From: Octopus sinensis
Taxonomy: Eukaryota
Assembly: GCF_006345805.1 (NCBI RefSeq)
Contig: NC_042998.1
Coordinates: forward strand, 114,762,001 to 114,826,000
DNA: 64,000 nucleotides
Direction of reading: 5' to 3'
Below the pieces are notes generated by a model, which was given only the letters and a program-made list of their open reading frames with translations, searched no databases and had not been told where the DNA came from. The position numbers and the translations under genes were made by a program. Positions 1-13,747 of this stretch are shown one piece after another. Positions within the stretch are counted from its first letter, which is position 1. Every line of letters starts with the position of its first letter.

Positions 1-225
1 TAAGCGTTATGAAATATGTAAGAGCCAGATATAAGTGTATAGATACATACTGAATTTGATATGTATATGTGTGTATATACATATATGTATATACATATAT
101 ATATATATATCTGTGTGTGTGTATGAGTGTATATATATATATATATATATATATACAAACACACACATATATATATGCATACACATATTTACATATACAT
201 TCATATACATTTGTGTGTGTGTATG

Positions 226-258
<33 letters not shown>

Positions 259-600
259 CTGTGTGTGTTATATGTCAGATATGTAGATATAGATATTGTA
301 CAACATCAAAAAGTTTTTAATCTATATATATGTGCACACTTGCATGTAAGCACACGCTCTCACACATTCGCACATACACACACGCATACATATATATCTA
401 CACGACAGTGTGTTATATATATCGATGCAAATATGTGTATATGCATGTATGTATGTCTTTGTACGTTCTTATATAGCGATTCATACACGCACACACGCAC
501 TGACACATGCACAAATACCGGCATATATATAAGTAAGCGTGTATGTATGTATGTATGTATGTATGTATGTATGTATATATATATATAAGTATACATGTGT
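1..600. repeat. Compound (TA)n/(TG)n/(CA)n/(TATG)n microsatellite block
   Basis: Direct reading; the YI/VC/TH-rich ORFs here are translation artefacts. Similar blocks recur throughout (e.g. 10370-10470, 14180-14385, 14990-15120, 39640-39910, 43300-43600, 55670-55810, 56390-56520, 62115-62200). Confidence 0.97.
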
Positions 601-1859
601 TCATGTGTGTATAAGCATATAGATTCATTGAAAACGTAGAGATAGAATTTCAGTCGATTAAGAATTAAGAAAATGTTTAAGTCATCTGTGCTATGAATGG
701 TTAGCAATTGAAAATGAAGCGAAACAAGAAATAGCAGAAACAAAAAATAGCAACAACAACATAGAAAAACATGAAAAAACAATTGCAGTAGATGCGAAGT
801 TAAAGAAAAAAACGTGAATGCTGAATATCTCTGCTCTGTTGAGTAATTTAAAATATATCTTTCTTTTTCTTACTTGAAAATATGTGACAAATTTGAAATG
901 ATGATAATGGAATGTTGAAAAGACTTTGTGGATTTTTACTGGATCTTATTTCTTAAGTAATTTAATCAGTTGTATTCAGTTATGAAAAACTAAGGTAACC
1001 TAAAATGAGGTTAAACTATATGAAACCACTTAATGAAATATCTAGTCTTCCTACTTATCTGCTATTATTGTACAATCGTTTAACTGGGAAGATAGAGTGT
1101 AGGAAAAATGGTTGATTGTTGACACAACTATATTTTTTATGCGTCAATATATCTTTCGTTCACACCATATGCTAATGAATTAAGCCGAAAAAAAGTACAA
1201 GTGGTAACTTATATGTGTTTGTACTCCAGATATAAAAAGGGATCCCTATACTCATATCCATACTGTAAGAAAACTCTTGAGACATCTGTGTATATGGAAA
1301 TGGAAATTTGTACATATTTCATACTCAAGGAGAAAAAAAATCTATATACAACTCAAATCTATATGCAACAATGCTCAATAAAATAAAGACATGGGCATGC
1401 GTATACTCTAGGGAAATCCTTTAAGCATCTCTATACTCAATCGAAAAATCTAACCGTATCTCTATACATAATTTAATATTTAAGATTTCCACAGTAATAA
1501 ATAATAAAATGAAATACAAACCTCTCTATCGACACAAAAAACCTAAACACGTCTTTATACTGAACAGCATATCTACGCACACTTATGAATTTTTGATAAA
1601 TGTTACGTACACTTCTATGTTGAAAGGGAAAATCTCAATATTGAACGAGGAGCTAAACACATTAATAAATATGATACCTTAGCACATTTCTCTACTGAAG
1701 GGAGAAGCTAATGTACACCATATCTATGTAAAACCAAGATGACATTAAGATGGCCAGATAGATGTTAACAGAAATAGTAGCTAAATTTCACTTAGGTCAT
1801 CATATAGTTTAAAATGCAAAGGTGCATTAGAGACTCTTATTTCTAAGACATGAAGAAGC

Positions 1860-2305
1860 TCACGCGGTGAGCTGGCAAAATCTTTAACATGCTGGGCAAA
1901 ATGCTCAGCGGTATTTAGGGCGGCGAGCTGGCAGAAACGTTAGCACGTCGGGCGAAATGCTCAGCGGTGTTTCGTCTGTCGTTACGTTCTGAGTTCAAAT
2001 TCCGCCGAGGTCAACTTTGCCTTTCATCCTTTCGGAATCGATAAATTAAGTACCAGTTACGCACCAGGGTCGATGTAATCGACTTAATACCTATGTCTGT
2101 CCTTGTTTGTCCCCTCTTTGTTTAGCCCCTTGTGGGTAATAAAGAAATAGGTATTTAGACCATCCTCACTCTCTGAATTCAAATTCTGCCGAGTTCGACT
2201 TTGCCTTTTCTATTTCAGGGTCGATAAAAATAAGTAGCAGTTGATCAGTGGTATTGATGTAATCCCGATCTTTCTGGCCTTGTGGGAAATTTGAAACCAA
2301 TAATA
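1860..2305 (+). mobile_element. Two nested tRNA-derived SINEs (family A): younger full copy 1919-2149 inserted into an older copy (1860-1918 + 2150-2305)
   Basis: Inner copy has GAGCTGGCAGAA head, GAGTTCAAATTCC B-box, central GTCAACTTTGCCTTTCATCCTTTCGG..GATAAATTAAGTACCAG domain and AAAGAAATA tail. It is flanked by a 9-bp direct repeat GGTATTTAG (1910-1918, 2150-2158). The host halves rejoin into one SINE. The central domain resembles the MetaSINE/Sauria-type domain (from memory). Confidence 0.85.
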
Positions 2306-2989
2306 TTAGAAGCTGCAGTGGTGAAAGTTGTAAATCTTCCTCCGTCATAGGTTTGTTTATATTGAGGCTGATCTGGAGAAATACAACAATAACTAAAACA
2401 AACTATGTATGTCGCAATGCCCTCAAAACAATAATAATATTCTCTCCATAAACGTGCGTGTGTCTGCGTTTTGTACATGAGTACACAGACACAGACACAC
2501 ACACACATAATAACGTATATGCAGTTATATGTGTATGTATATAAACATATATGTTTACGTATTTGTTTTGCAAGGTCCCTGATGTGAAATCGTGTGTTAT
2601 ATTTGGGGATGGACTAAACAGAACAAGAGAAGACATGTGAATGGAGAGTAGTTGAAGAGGTTACAGGATGTGAAACGGTTTAACGTTCTAATTTTAGAAG
2701 TTCGAGCAACAACACAGAGGCTGTATTATCTGCTGTTAGATTGAAAATATCATAGTGACTCATTACACAGCTGTAAACTCAAGACTTGTTTCTAAAAAAA
2801 GAATTGTTAACCTTAGTAGGGTTCAAACTTAGAATATAAAGATATGCAAATAAATACTACAGCTAAAACCTTACACCGCTCTGTTGAGACACGCATTTTA
2901 TATACTGTGTTGATTTTATTGTAGATACAAGAACAGAATATTCCCGTGGAAATCAGATAATCATATTGGCCTTTGTATTAGACAGCTAC

Positions 2990-3175
2990 TAGAGGCGATG
3001 AACTGACAAAATTGTTACCGCGCCGGAAAAAATGCTTAGCAGCATTTCTTCCGACTTTGCAGAGGTTGACTTGACCTTTCATACCTTCGGGGTAGATAAT
3101 ATAAGTGCAGATGAGGTAATCGTCTTAACCTCTCTCACAGAATTGCTGGCCTTGTGCCAAAATTTGGAAGTATTA
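2990..3175 (+). mobile_element. Degenerate family A SINE
   Basis: GGCGATGAACTGACAAAA head, GAGGTTGACTTGACCTTTCATACCTTCGGGG central domain, CTGGCCTTGTGCCAAAATTTG tail. Confidence 0.7.
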
Positions 3176-3487
3176 GACAGGTACTAATTTTCATCTACGT
3201 AAAGCACTGTCGATTTGGATGAATTTCGAAATTTAAGAATTAAGAGATTACTTCTAAATATTGCCTTGCATTTTTTTTTCTACTCTCTAACTACACTGTT
3301 CCACCTTAAGTTGAAATAAGATGTTATTTCCTAAACTACTTACAAAGCCTTAGATGCGATAAGTTGAAGGAATTAGTCGATCATTTTGACTCTTCTATTC
3401 TACCGGTGCTTTAATAACTACATACTGCAAATTATTTTGTTGAACACAGAAACGATTCAGCCAATCCACTGCCCAAAACTGAAACAA

Positions 3488-3680
3488 TATATTGGTGTCA
3501 AAATTTGTCACAAGGCCAGCAATTTCGGAAGATTACATTGGACCCCCTTCACCCACCCAGTGCTCACTGGTACTTATTTTATCGTATCTGAAATCACAAA
3601 AGGCAAAATCGACCTCCGCGATATTTGAACTCAGAATATAAAGACTGCTAAGCATTTTGCCAGCCGTGCTAAATCGAAAC
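3488..3680 (-). mobile_element. Degenerate family A SINE
   Basis: Reverse complement contains GAGTTCAAATATCGCGGAGGTCGATTTTGCCTTT..GATAAAATAAGTACCAGTGAGCACTGGG and the GGCCTTGTGACAAATTTTG tail. Confidence 0.7.
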
Positions 3681-6600
3681 AATTTATTAAGAACTGATTA
3701 ACATTTCAAGCTTACAGTTTTGCTAATCGATGTTTTCAATTCGATTGTTAGCTGTTTAATTATTTTAAACATTAATACAATTTTCCCCAATGTCTCAACA
3801 TGTCTCATTTCATTATCTATTTACTGCTGTCTTTTTTAGTCCCTTGTGATAAATACAAGAAAGCTTTAATTAAATAGTCTATCCATCAATCACATAGGAC
3901 TTTCTGTTCCCCAAACAACTGTAGCATTTCTTCGTGTTTTGTTGATTTTATTCCAGACACATCATTTTTACCTTATAACTACTGTATTTCTAAAGGTAGC
4001 TCTCTTGCACTCCTTTTCATTTCAAGCTTTCGCTCTCTAAACCACTCTTTCATTCCCATTCGCCTTCTCTCTCCCACTCTTTCTCGTTCCCTCCCTGTCT
4101 TCTCCCTCTCTCACGCTTATCAACTCTGATTTAACAACAACGCTTCTGCTCTCTCGTTCTTTTCTTGTTCGCGGAAAGTGTTACAATTCTTCTGCATTTG
4201 TTAACGCCAAAACAAAGTTTTCCAACAGCATCATTGTGCTTCTACATCCTTTTCTCGTATATTTTCTTCTGTCATTACTATCTGACACGTTAGTTTCTCA
4301 AGCTATTAAACTTTTATCTATCTCAATTCTAACAAGAAGAAACCGTTTAATACTGATGAGCCTCTTATCAGACGCATCAATAACATTTCAAGACTTCGAA
4401 CTTAAACGATTATATGATGTGAATGTCAAATTCTAAGCTCATTATATTATAAAAACTTCCATATAGCAGAGATACTGTACGAGATAACTACCTGTTGTTA
4501 TTTTAGTACAAATTTCAAAACTTTAGAGAGGTTAAATTTGCCTTTCAACCTTTTGGGGTCGATCGAATAAGTCTCAGTTAAGCACTAACATTGATGTAAT
4601 CCAGTTTCACTGTTCCACAAATATCTGGCTTTAGTTCAGGGTAAAAAGAATAGTCATTTAACAAGAGACCAATCCAAATCGTGCAGAACTGCATGTAAAC
4701 GTTTTCCAGCAGGATTCATCCTAATATTTTAGTGGTATCTAGGATTACAATATTTTTTCTCCTTTTACGTTATTTGGCTATGATTTGAGGGAAATTTAGC
4801 AGTTGTCTGTTACCCGTCAAATGATCACGCAGAGATTCCCTCGTAGATATGTAGTATATATAATTTATTGCTCTGTACCGTAGCGAAGGCTGTGAATTGA
4901 CAATTCTCTACTGTTGAGTTCAAATCTCGCCGAAGTCAATTTTCTTTTTCATCCTTTCGTGTTCAGTGCTAGGATTGTTTTTGCTTGAATGCACCTGTGA
5001 AAATTTTAAAGTTTAGGAAAAATTTTAGGATTTGATGTATTGATGTAATTTTCCATGCTGAAACTCAGTAAATAATTCACCTTTTCCAGCAAACTGTTTT
5101 CAAAAAGCTACGGGTGTTTAAAGCTTGATCATTTTTACCCAATCAGAAAACAAGATTTGGAAGCTGTCATTTTGTACGTGACTGACGGAATTCAGCTTTA
5201 CGCACGCCATATAATTCCGTCATAACTTTTTCATTTTTTGGAACTGTCAGAAAAAATTTGCGAATTTATATTCTACACAAAGGAATTCATATGCACCCCC
5301 ACCCCGCATGAACAATATGCAACTCTCGTGCGTGAGTTAAGGCATATTTAGCTGTTATTTTAGCACATCTCAAGATCACCTCATACCACGTTTAGTAAGT
5401 ATTTAATAAGCGACAAAAAGAACACGCGGTAAGCAGCTTGATAGCGTTTGGGATTGTGACTACGGAATCTGTCACCTACATGTGGCTTTTGATTGGCTAC
5501 AATTACCCAAAATTATAAACTTTAATAACTATTAACACTTTATTTATTTATTTATGGCGAAAATGAATTTTCATGCCAATGATTACTTTACAAAACTACA
5601 CCAATACGCTAAATATGAAATCCAATTCGATAAAAATTGAAGAAATTGAAATTTGGCAACCAAACAGAAAAGATCCGGGTGTTATCATCTCTGTCTGTCG
5701 GTCTGTTTGTCTCTATCACTATATCTCTCTTTCTATATTTCCCTCTTCCCTCTACCTTTCTGCAAGGAATCGGATATGATTGGACCAGAGGTGGGATGCG
5801 TCTCGCTGGGTTTTAAAATACCGACTACATAACATATACCACGATTGTACCCCGGCCACACAACGAGATGATCTGTGCCGAAGTACAAGAAGGCAAGGCA
5901 CTTGCTATATTTAATCGCAAAAAAACCCCCAGGAAAGTATTCTTCCATGACGCTTAGGTACTCCATAAATAGTACTATACCACGTGCAGAAATCGACACT
6001 TCGGCATAAAACGGGCCATCGTCTAAATTATATAATGGATCACTCTGACATGCAGTAGTTAATCGTAAGAGCTGAAACGTTGCTACCTAAATGTATGCTC
6101 CTTACACAACCGTCGCTAGAAATAGCAACTAGATATCACTCAAACATTACCCTGATAATCAGAAAATGTCCTTCTGAAGTAATTTTACCGGGTAGAGACT
6201 AACAAAACACCCTAATGCTTCACAGTAACATTGCCAAAAGTATACGCGCACAATTATTCTCTCAAAAATGAAAACCTTCATATACATAAAGCAAATACAA
6301 GGATGTGACACAAGAAAATAAACTTCAAGCCACACACACACACACACACATACACACACATAAGTATGTACATATATATGCATATATAAAGAAATATGTA
6401 GGTATATACCTACATATATATGTATATATACATGCATATATGGGTACAGGACATCAAAAAAAACGTAGAACAAAACTTAGAAGCGAAAACATAAAAACAA
6501 AAACTTAGAAACGAACTTTTTTTGAAACAACGAAAAAAATAAACAGAGAAATGAAACATGCAACATATAGAATATTCCCCTTCTTCAGTTGTCCCTGTTT

Positions 6601-6732
6601 CAATTCCGCGTACATGTATATGTAGGTATGTACATATATGTATGTATATATGCATATATTTATATTATTATATGATCGAACGCCACACATCCTTTTCCAA
6701 GTAACTTTTATCTTATGTACATATATATATTT

Positions 6733-7115
6733 CTTTATTGCCCACAGGGGGATAAACATACGGGGTGACAAATAAAAGGGATGAAGTCGATTTCATCGAC
6801 CTCAGTGCGTAACTGGTACTTATTTAACCGACCCCGAAAGGATGAAAGGCAAAGTCGACCTCGGTGGAATTGAACTCAGAACGTAGCGGCAGACGAAATA
6901 CCTATTTCTTTACTAACCACAGGAGGCTAAACACAGAGGGGACAAACGGATTAAATCGATTACATCGACCCCAGTGCGTAACTGGTACTTATTTAATCGA
7001 CCCCGAAAGGATGAAAGGCAAAGTCGACCTCGGTGGAATTTGAACTCAGAACGTAGCGGCAGACGAAATACCGTTAGGCATTTCGTTTAGCGTGCTAACG
7101 GTCCTCCCAGCTCGC
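6733..7115 (-). mobile_element. Head-to-tail family A SINE dimer (full copy 6902-7115 followed by a headless copy 6733-6901)
   Basis: Two near-identical ~170-bp units; sense-strand junction AAAGAAATA|GGTATTTCGTCTGCC. Confidence 0.85.
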
Positions 7116-7239
7116 TTAAATTAAGTATGTGTGTATGTATGTATGTATGTATGTATGTATGTATGTATGTATGTATGTATGTATGTGTGTATGTGTGTGA
7201 GCTTCCATTTGTTGTGTGTGCGTGCGTCAATACATCGAA

Positions 7240-7670
7240 TAGGCTGTTATATACAGCTGGTCACAATGCGTATCGCTCTCCCTCAATGTTGTAGATTTCG
7301 AATGATGCCGCTCTGCAGGTTTTATGTCGGAGTTATCCCAGTTACCTCAGTTGCCTTCTCCTAGGAGGATGCCGTAACAAAGGCTACGAGTCCTTCACTC
7401 CCAATGGTTTAACCGCGCGATCGGGTATTCAGTCCGATTATTTCTATGTCCCCGCGCATGATACAGCCTTAAGACATTTATTGGATGGCCGTTGACTCTC
7501 AAGATTTCCTCCGCGCTTTGACAGGTTTTGTTTTTCATCCCGCAGGGGTCCAATAAACACCCTCCTTACTAAGCAAGCTTGGTGGAGTTGCCGGTTTAAT
7601 CGCCGACGACCCGACCACGCAACAGGTTGTACTGGGTTACATGTTACCAGTAGCACGCGAAAGTAACCTG
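7240..7670 (-). mobile_element. Probable RTE-clade LINE 5'-UTR fragment or RTE-related non-autonomous element
   Basis: Higher-complexity, GC-richer island. Sense motif GGCATCCTCCTAGGAGAAGGCAACT..AAACC resembles the RTE 5'-UTR motif GGCAACCAGTCTAGGAGAAGGAAAACT (from memory). No ORF. Confidence 0.45.
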
Positions 7671-7750
7671 ACATACATACATACATTCATACATACATAC
7701 ATACATACATACATACATACATACATACATACACACACATATATTATGTG

Positions 7751-7783
<33 letters not shown>

Positions 7784-7802
7784 TATTATTATTATTATTA
7801 TT

Positions 7803-7995
7803 ATTACATCCACCTTGGCAAAGGCAGGTGTATTATTTTCAGTCTTGTTTGTTTGTTTGTTTGTCCTTGGACAACATATCTCAAGAACCGCTAGATGGAT
7901 TCGGATGGAACTTTCAGGGATGTTTGGCCTTGTGACTGGCACGAATTGGTTATATTTTGCGATTGATTCTGTACAGGGCAAGGATTCTGGATTAT
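7803..7995 (+). mobile_element. DINE-1/HINE-like (Helentron-associated) non-autonomous element fragment
   Basis: Starts in a TTA run with short hairpin CCTT-GGCA-AAGG, then (TTTG)n, then a core ATATCTCAAGAACCGCTAGATGGATTCGGATGGAACTTTCAGGGATG typical of this architecture. Confidence 0.55.
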
Positions 7996-8390
7996 TCGTT
8001 ACATTCACTTTACTTTACATAATTACGATCTTACATTCACTTTCAATTCTTTCTCAATTATCTCCCTTTAGGCTGTTTCCAAACTTTTATTTTCGTTTCT
8101 CAATTATTAATTTCACTCGCGTCTCTATCTAAGTAGAAACTGATGGATAAGGAAATCAAACTTCATAAACTAACGGCAGCAAAACCGTTCAGAAATTAAA
8201 TAACACTAATATATTTTTATAACATATATATTATATATTATACGTACATATTAACACTTTGTAGTATACTTACATATATACATACATCTATACATCGGAG
8301 TCGGTGAAATCGACTATGCCTCTCCTCTAAATTTTACGTTTTCTACCTATAGTAGAAAGGATTATTATTATTGTTATTATTATTATTATT

Positions 8391-8437
<47 letters not shown>

Positions 8438-9579
8438 TATTATTATTATTATTTATTATTATTATTATTATATTATTATTATTATTATTATATTATTATT
8501 ATTATTACGATTACCGAAAGGTTTTTGATAGTATTCCCCACATATAGATCCTGGAAATACTAGCCGTTAACAAGGTAGCACCAATAATCTTAAAATATAC
8601 AAAATATTCCATGAATAAATGGCAACAGTGCTACTGCTCTAGACAAAAGAGGGACTCATAAGAACCAAAGTAAATTGGAAGTTACGACTACCAAGTGAGA
8701 TTAATTAATAGTTTATATAGTTTTTTACTTAAGCATTTCAGAGAAGTCAATAATCGATGGACAATATAGGTATTATATGTTGCATTAATTATATGAAAGC
8801 AGATAAATTTTAAAGAATGAAACTTATGAAATACATACAAACTCATATAAAGATGTATTTAAAGGGGATCACTTAAGTGATTGTCGTAACTTCGAATTTA
8901 CATAGTAGGTTTGATAGATGACGGTAACTAAAATTTTAAATATGAATTTGAAATAACATATATCTCCTTATTTAGTATTTCTGAATGTACATACACATAT
9001 ATCTTGATCAGGATTTCTTTATGGAGTGTTTTAAATAGATATTTATTGGATTTCATAGAGAGGAAATCAAAAATTAAGTATTGGATAATTAAACAGCCAA
9101 GTCCTTTAATGTTCTAGCCTTTATTCAAATTATCGTGAGTGGAAGAATGGATATACAAATACCTATATAATAAAGATAATTAAGAAAAAATATTCAATGT
9201 ATATTTTAAACGTCTTTTTGTTTATTTTTCTTTAAATCTCACATACTGAAGAGAATAAATTCGACATTGGTGATGTTCTCTATATGGAAATGTTGTTTTT
9301 TTTGTCAGAGTCAATTGTCTAGGATTGTGAAATAAAAGGATAATCCATTTTAACACACTGTCTGCTTCATTCCATTTATCTGATGAAATCTATTGAACTT
9401 TGTTTAATGAACTAAGTCTTCTACTGATTATTTGTTTACATACGTTCATACATTTAGAAAGCCACGAATGTCCCGTTCTGGTTTTCCAGTCCGACTTTTT
9501 ATCGTCCATCTGTCCATATGTTTTTAATTGTCTTCCGTTACGTTCTTGTTCCGTTTATATATATATATATATATATATT

Positions 9580-9740
9580 TACACGGCAGATTTCTTTCAA
9601 TTTCCGCCAACCAAATCTACTCACAAGGCTTTGGTCAGCCCGAGGCTATAGTAGAAGACAGGTCCGGAACTTTCCACGCAGTGGGACTGAACGCTAAGAC
9701 ATGTGATTGGGATTCAAGCTTCTTACCACGCAGCCACGTA
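9580..9740 (-). mobile_element. CORE-type SINE (family B), 5' half
   Basis: Reverse complement: GTGGCTGCGTGGTAAGAAGCTTG A-box region, GTTCAGTCCCACTGCGTGG B-box, CTTCTACTATAGCCTCGGGCTGACCAAAGCCTTGTGAGTAGATTTGG; homologous to 37795-37960. Confidence 0.8.
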
Positions 9741-10373
9741 TGTGTGAGTGTGTGTGCGTGTGTGTCCGTCTTGTGTCTGTATATATATACAAACGCGCAC
9801 TGATACACACATACTGATAAACAATCACCAAAGCGAAGTGTAGTAGTATTTCAATAGATACGACGATAAGCTTATGCGATGGATGGGAACACTAGCATAA
9901 TAATGATTTTGGGCGAAAGTAATCGATATAGTCATCTCCAAAATTATAAAAACGAATTAAATTTCACAATACATCCTTCATTTTCTTTCATGAAAAGTAT
10001 TTGATTAATATAAAAGTTTGTTTGTTATTTCTAGCACTTTCTTTGACTGCAAACAACTTACATCATTTTCTCATAAATTCATGGACATTGGATATGTATA
10101 GAGCCAACAGACTTGGTGATTTATATAGTTATGATATAAATCTTACCGTAGGGATTAGGAAATAGAAACGAAAGCAGTCCTCACTGCGAATCGAAACGGG
10201 AACATGAAACTTGTAAAAGAAGAAGAATGAGGGAGGAGGAGGAGGAAACATAAGAGGGGGACCAGAACGAAGTAAAAAGAAAATGGAAACAGGAGAAAAA
10301 ACTTTTCTTAAATATTGTATAAAAGGAAACTCAAAAATATTTTCATAAAATGTAATACATACATAATACATAC

Positions 10374-10473
<100 letters not shown>

Positions 10474-10937
10474 CAGGATAAAAAAGTACTTCAATGTAAG
10501 TATGAAAGTGCGTGTATGCGCGTGTATGTGTGTTTGTGTGTGTGTGTGTGATGATAAAAATAAATTTCCACTAACAAATAGATAGAAAATATATGCAAAC
10601 AATTGGTAATCAAGAAATATGTTAGTGTGAGTATTTCTGGCCAGGTTTAATTCCTCTATTTCAATCACGTACAGTAGTGGATTAGTCTTCGTGTTGAATA
10701 ACGGTAGATTAGCTCCGGATGAGAATCTCACCTGTAATTCTATACTCACTAATTAATATTACAGGACATAGATTCATGAGGAGAAGATTTAATAAAATAA
10801 ATTTAATAACACAAAAAATATAATTAAAAAAATCTGAACAAAACATAAAAACAATAACAGTAGCAACAATAAAAACTAAAATATGTTGGGCCTTAGGTTA
10901 AATGTAATTTAGAGAGGGTGAATCTACCTAGATTCAT

Positions 10938-10971
<34 letters not shown>

Positions 10972-12821
10972 ATAAATGTGTGTGTGTATTTGTGTGTGTG
11001 AGTGTATGTGTTTGTACATATATGCTTAAATACAAACATAAAATAAAATGTGTGAGTACGTCTGTGTGTCGCTGTGTATATTTACATACACGTTTGTATA
11101 TATATATATATATATTTGGTATATGTATGTCTGTGTGTGTCTCTCTGTTTAGGCAAAATTTAACTACGAGAAGTTACTTCTTCAAACTAGGAAGAATCGG
11201 ATGTTAGTTACAGTTAGTTTCTTAAGATTTTCTTCTTTTTCTAATGCTTACGAAAGCGGGAGTGGCAAAAAAAGTGTAATTTTTTAAAATAATAATTTCG
11301 GAGGGATTGTCGTTACATTAACTTTTTCCCTCCTCCTTTGCCCCGCCCAGTCTTTATGGTTATTCTTAATATGTTTAATTCAGAATCCCGTCGTATTACA
11401 GAATCAGTTTTAGACATGTCGGAGAAGAAGAGATCAAATGAAAATAGAGAAAATAAAAGTTATGTTAAAAATGAATTCGTTATCTTCATAACTATGTATG
11501 TTGTTTTGAATCTAAGTAATGCTTATATTAGAATAGCCTAACAAATGATGATGATGGTGATGATGTTGGCGAATAACCGGATAATGATTGTTTTCGTTAT
11601 GACGAAACGAGAGAGTTAGGTTGTCACAAATATTAGTGTTGGGACAAAATGCCGTGCAATATTTATTCCAACATTTTGCGTCCAGAATTCAAATCCTCTT
11701 GAGGTCAATCTTGTTCTTCACTCCTTCACATTCGATAGAATAAAGCAATCTACTAACCAATTCCTGTAATATTCCAGGCCCATGATTTCAAAATTATGTC
11801 TAGTAAATACTTGCTTAATTGCTGTAATCTTGATGTTGGCCCTGCAAAAATTACTCGTAATTTTAAAACAGAAGTTTTCAATATTTTTACATATGGTGTA
11901 TGAAGGTCGTTTAAATTCTTGTGAATTTTTTTCAGATGTATGAACACACCTACGTTTGTGTGCTATGAAAGACACTCTTCCATTAAAATTATAAAAGCAG
12001 GAACTTATGAGTTTATATATTTTGAAATTATGAGACATTCATCTAAGTGGAATTCCATCTTGTTATGATTATTGTTGCGCTATGAAAATCGTTAGAGCGT
12101 CGAAAAAAAATCTTTACAGTTCTTATCCCGTCTCTTTATATTTAGCATTCAATTGTCGCCGTGGTTAAATTATTCTTTCATCATTTCGAGGTCGATAAAA
12201 TAAAGTATAAATGTAAGTACTAGGCCTGGTGTCATTGACAAACATCCATTTAGAACTTTGGGGTTTGTGCTAAAATTAGAATCCACTATAATTATTGTTA
12301 AAAGCAGCAACATGATCATGTATATTAGCATATATATGCTAAAGACATTAAAATGTGATTGATGAGCATCACATAGAGACTGGAATCTTTGCCAAAAAAT
12401 CCTTTTGAAATTGTCTCTCATATTTATCTCTTCAATGCTGTTTGCAGAAACAGGTGATGTTTTCACGTTTTTCCACCCACACGCAGAAAATCCTTGCTAT
12501 CCGGTGAAAAAGATAAGAACACGCGAACAGATGACATGATATTTCTGAATGGGATAGCTTGATTGTGCACGGAAATTCCTCAGAAGTTTTCAATGGCGCT
12601 GTCTGGATGAACTCACCAATTGAGATCCTTACATATTTGCAAAAGGCGACTGTAGTATACCATAATTCTATGAGTAACATGAATCTCATTTTCGTGCGCT
12701 ATAGCTATGGGGTGGAACATTGTTCACTATACACCAATAGCTGTCTTAAGTGATAAAACCATTTGACAGGTATTTGGATATTGATGTAGTAAGCCGTTTT
12801 TCAATAAATATATGTACTTTA

Positions 12822-13025
12822 GGGCGGTAAGCTGGCAGAAACGTTCACACGTCGAGCGAAATACTTTAACGGTATTTCGTCTGTCTTTACGTTCTGAGTT
12901 CAAATTCCGCCGAGGTCAACTTTGCTTTTTATCCTTTCGGGGTCGATAAATTATGTGCTAGTTGTGTACTGGGATCGATCAATCGACTGGTCCCTACTCA
13001 AAAAAATTCAGGGCTTGTACCTATG
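12822..13025 (+). mobile_element. Family A SINE
   Basis: AGGGCGGTAAGCTGGCAGAAACG..GAGTTCAAATTCCGCCGAGGTCAACTTTGC..CCTTTCGGGGTCGATAAA; close match to 1919-2149. Confidence 0.85.
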
Positions 13026-13649
13026 TTTCATGCAAGAACATTCATTAAATAGAATGTCAAGGTGTCAATAAAAGTATTCGTTTAATTTTCGTCTATAAGA
13101 TAAGAACAACCCAAAGCTCCAGAAATTCATTGAATAAACAGGTGGCAAATATTAAAGAGGTTAAAATAAAAGTCAATGAAAGAGGTGCGTGCGTATATGC
13201 TGGACAATTTTGAACAACAATTTGATCTACAAACTGTTGCATATTTATTAGAAAGTACTTAACAATTATGTGATATAATAATTTGATTCCCATAATTGAG
13301 TTTACGAATTAATGATGTTCCCCACAAAAAGCATTACCTGTAATATGTAATTCTATTAATACGTTATCATAATAACCAACCTCATGTTTATATGATTCGA
13401 GAGAAACCCGATAATATATGTGTATGGTTTTGTATACGTGTACATGCATGGTTGCATATATATATGCATCTATTTGGCGTATATGTAGGTGCGCATGTGC
13501 GTGTTTCATACGAGTCTGAGGGAGCATATGCATATAGGCACATGTACGTGGGTGTGCGTGCGCGCATGTGTATGTTCGTGCATGCGCGCGCGCACGATTG
13601 CTATGAGCTTTCTTACTCCTTTACTTTTTACTTCCTCCCCTTGAGTTTT

Positions 13650-13747
13650 TCCCCTTATTTAACGGTCATTCTAATAGCACTTTTGTCTTAATAACGGTCA
13701 TTTACATAGTAATTTCCCTTTGTTTAACGGTCATTTTCATAGCATAT
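13650..13747 (+). repeat. Three ~32-bp degenerate direct repeats with core TAACGGTCATT
   Basis: TAACGGTCATT....ATAG occurs three times at ~32-bp spacing. Confidence 0.7.

Noticed and set aside
7440-7670. HDV-like ribozyme at the putative RTE 5' end
   Set aside because: I could not assemble the nested double pseudoknot by eye; an RNArobo or Infernal search would be needed.
11718-12038. 106-aa ORF with faint mariner-like look and a TIR-like TATGAAGGTCGTTTAAA
   Set aside because: No diagnostic transposase motif; the similarity is too weak.
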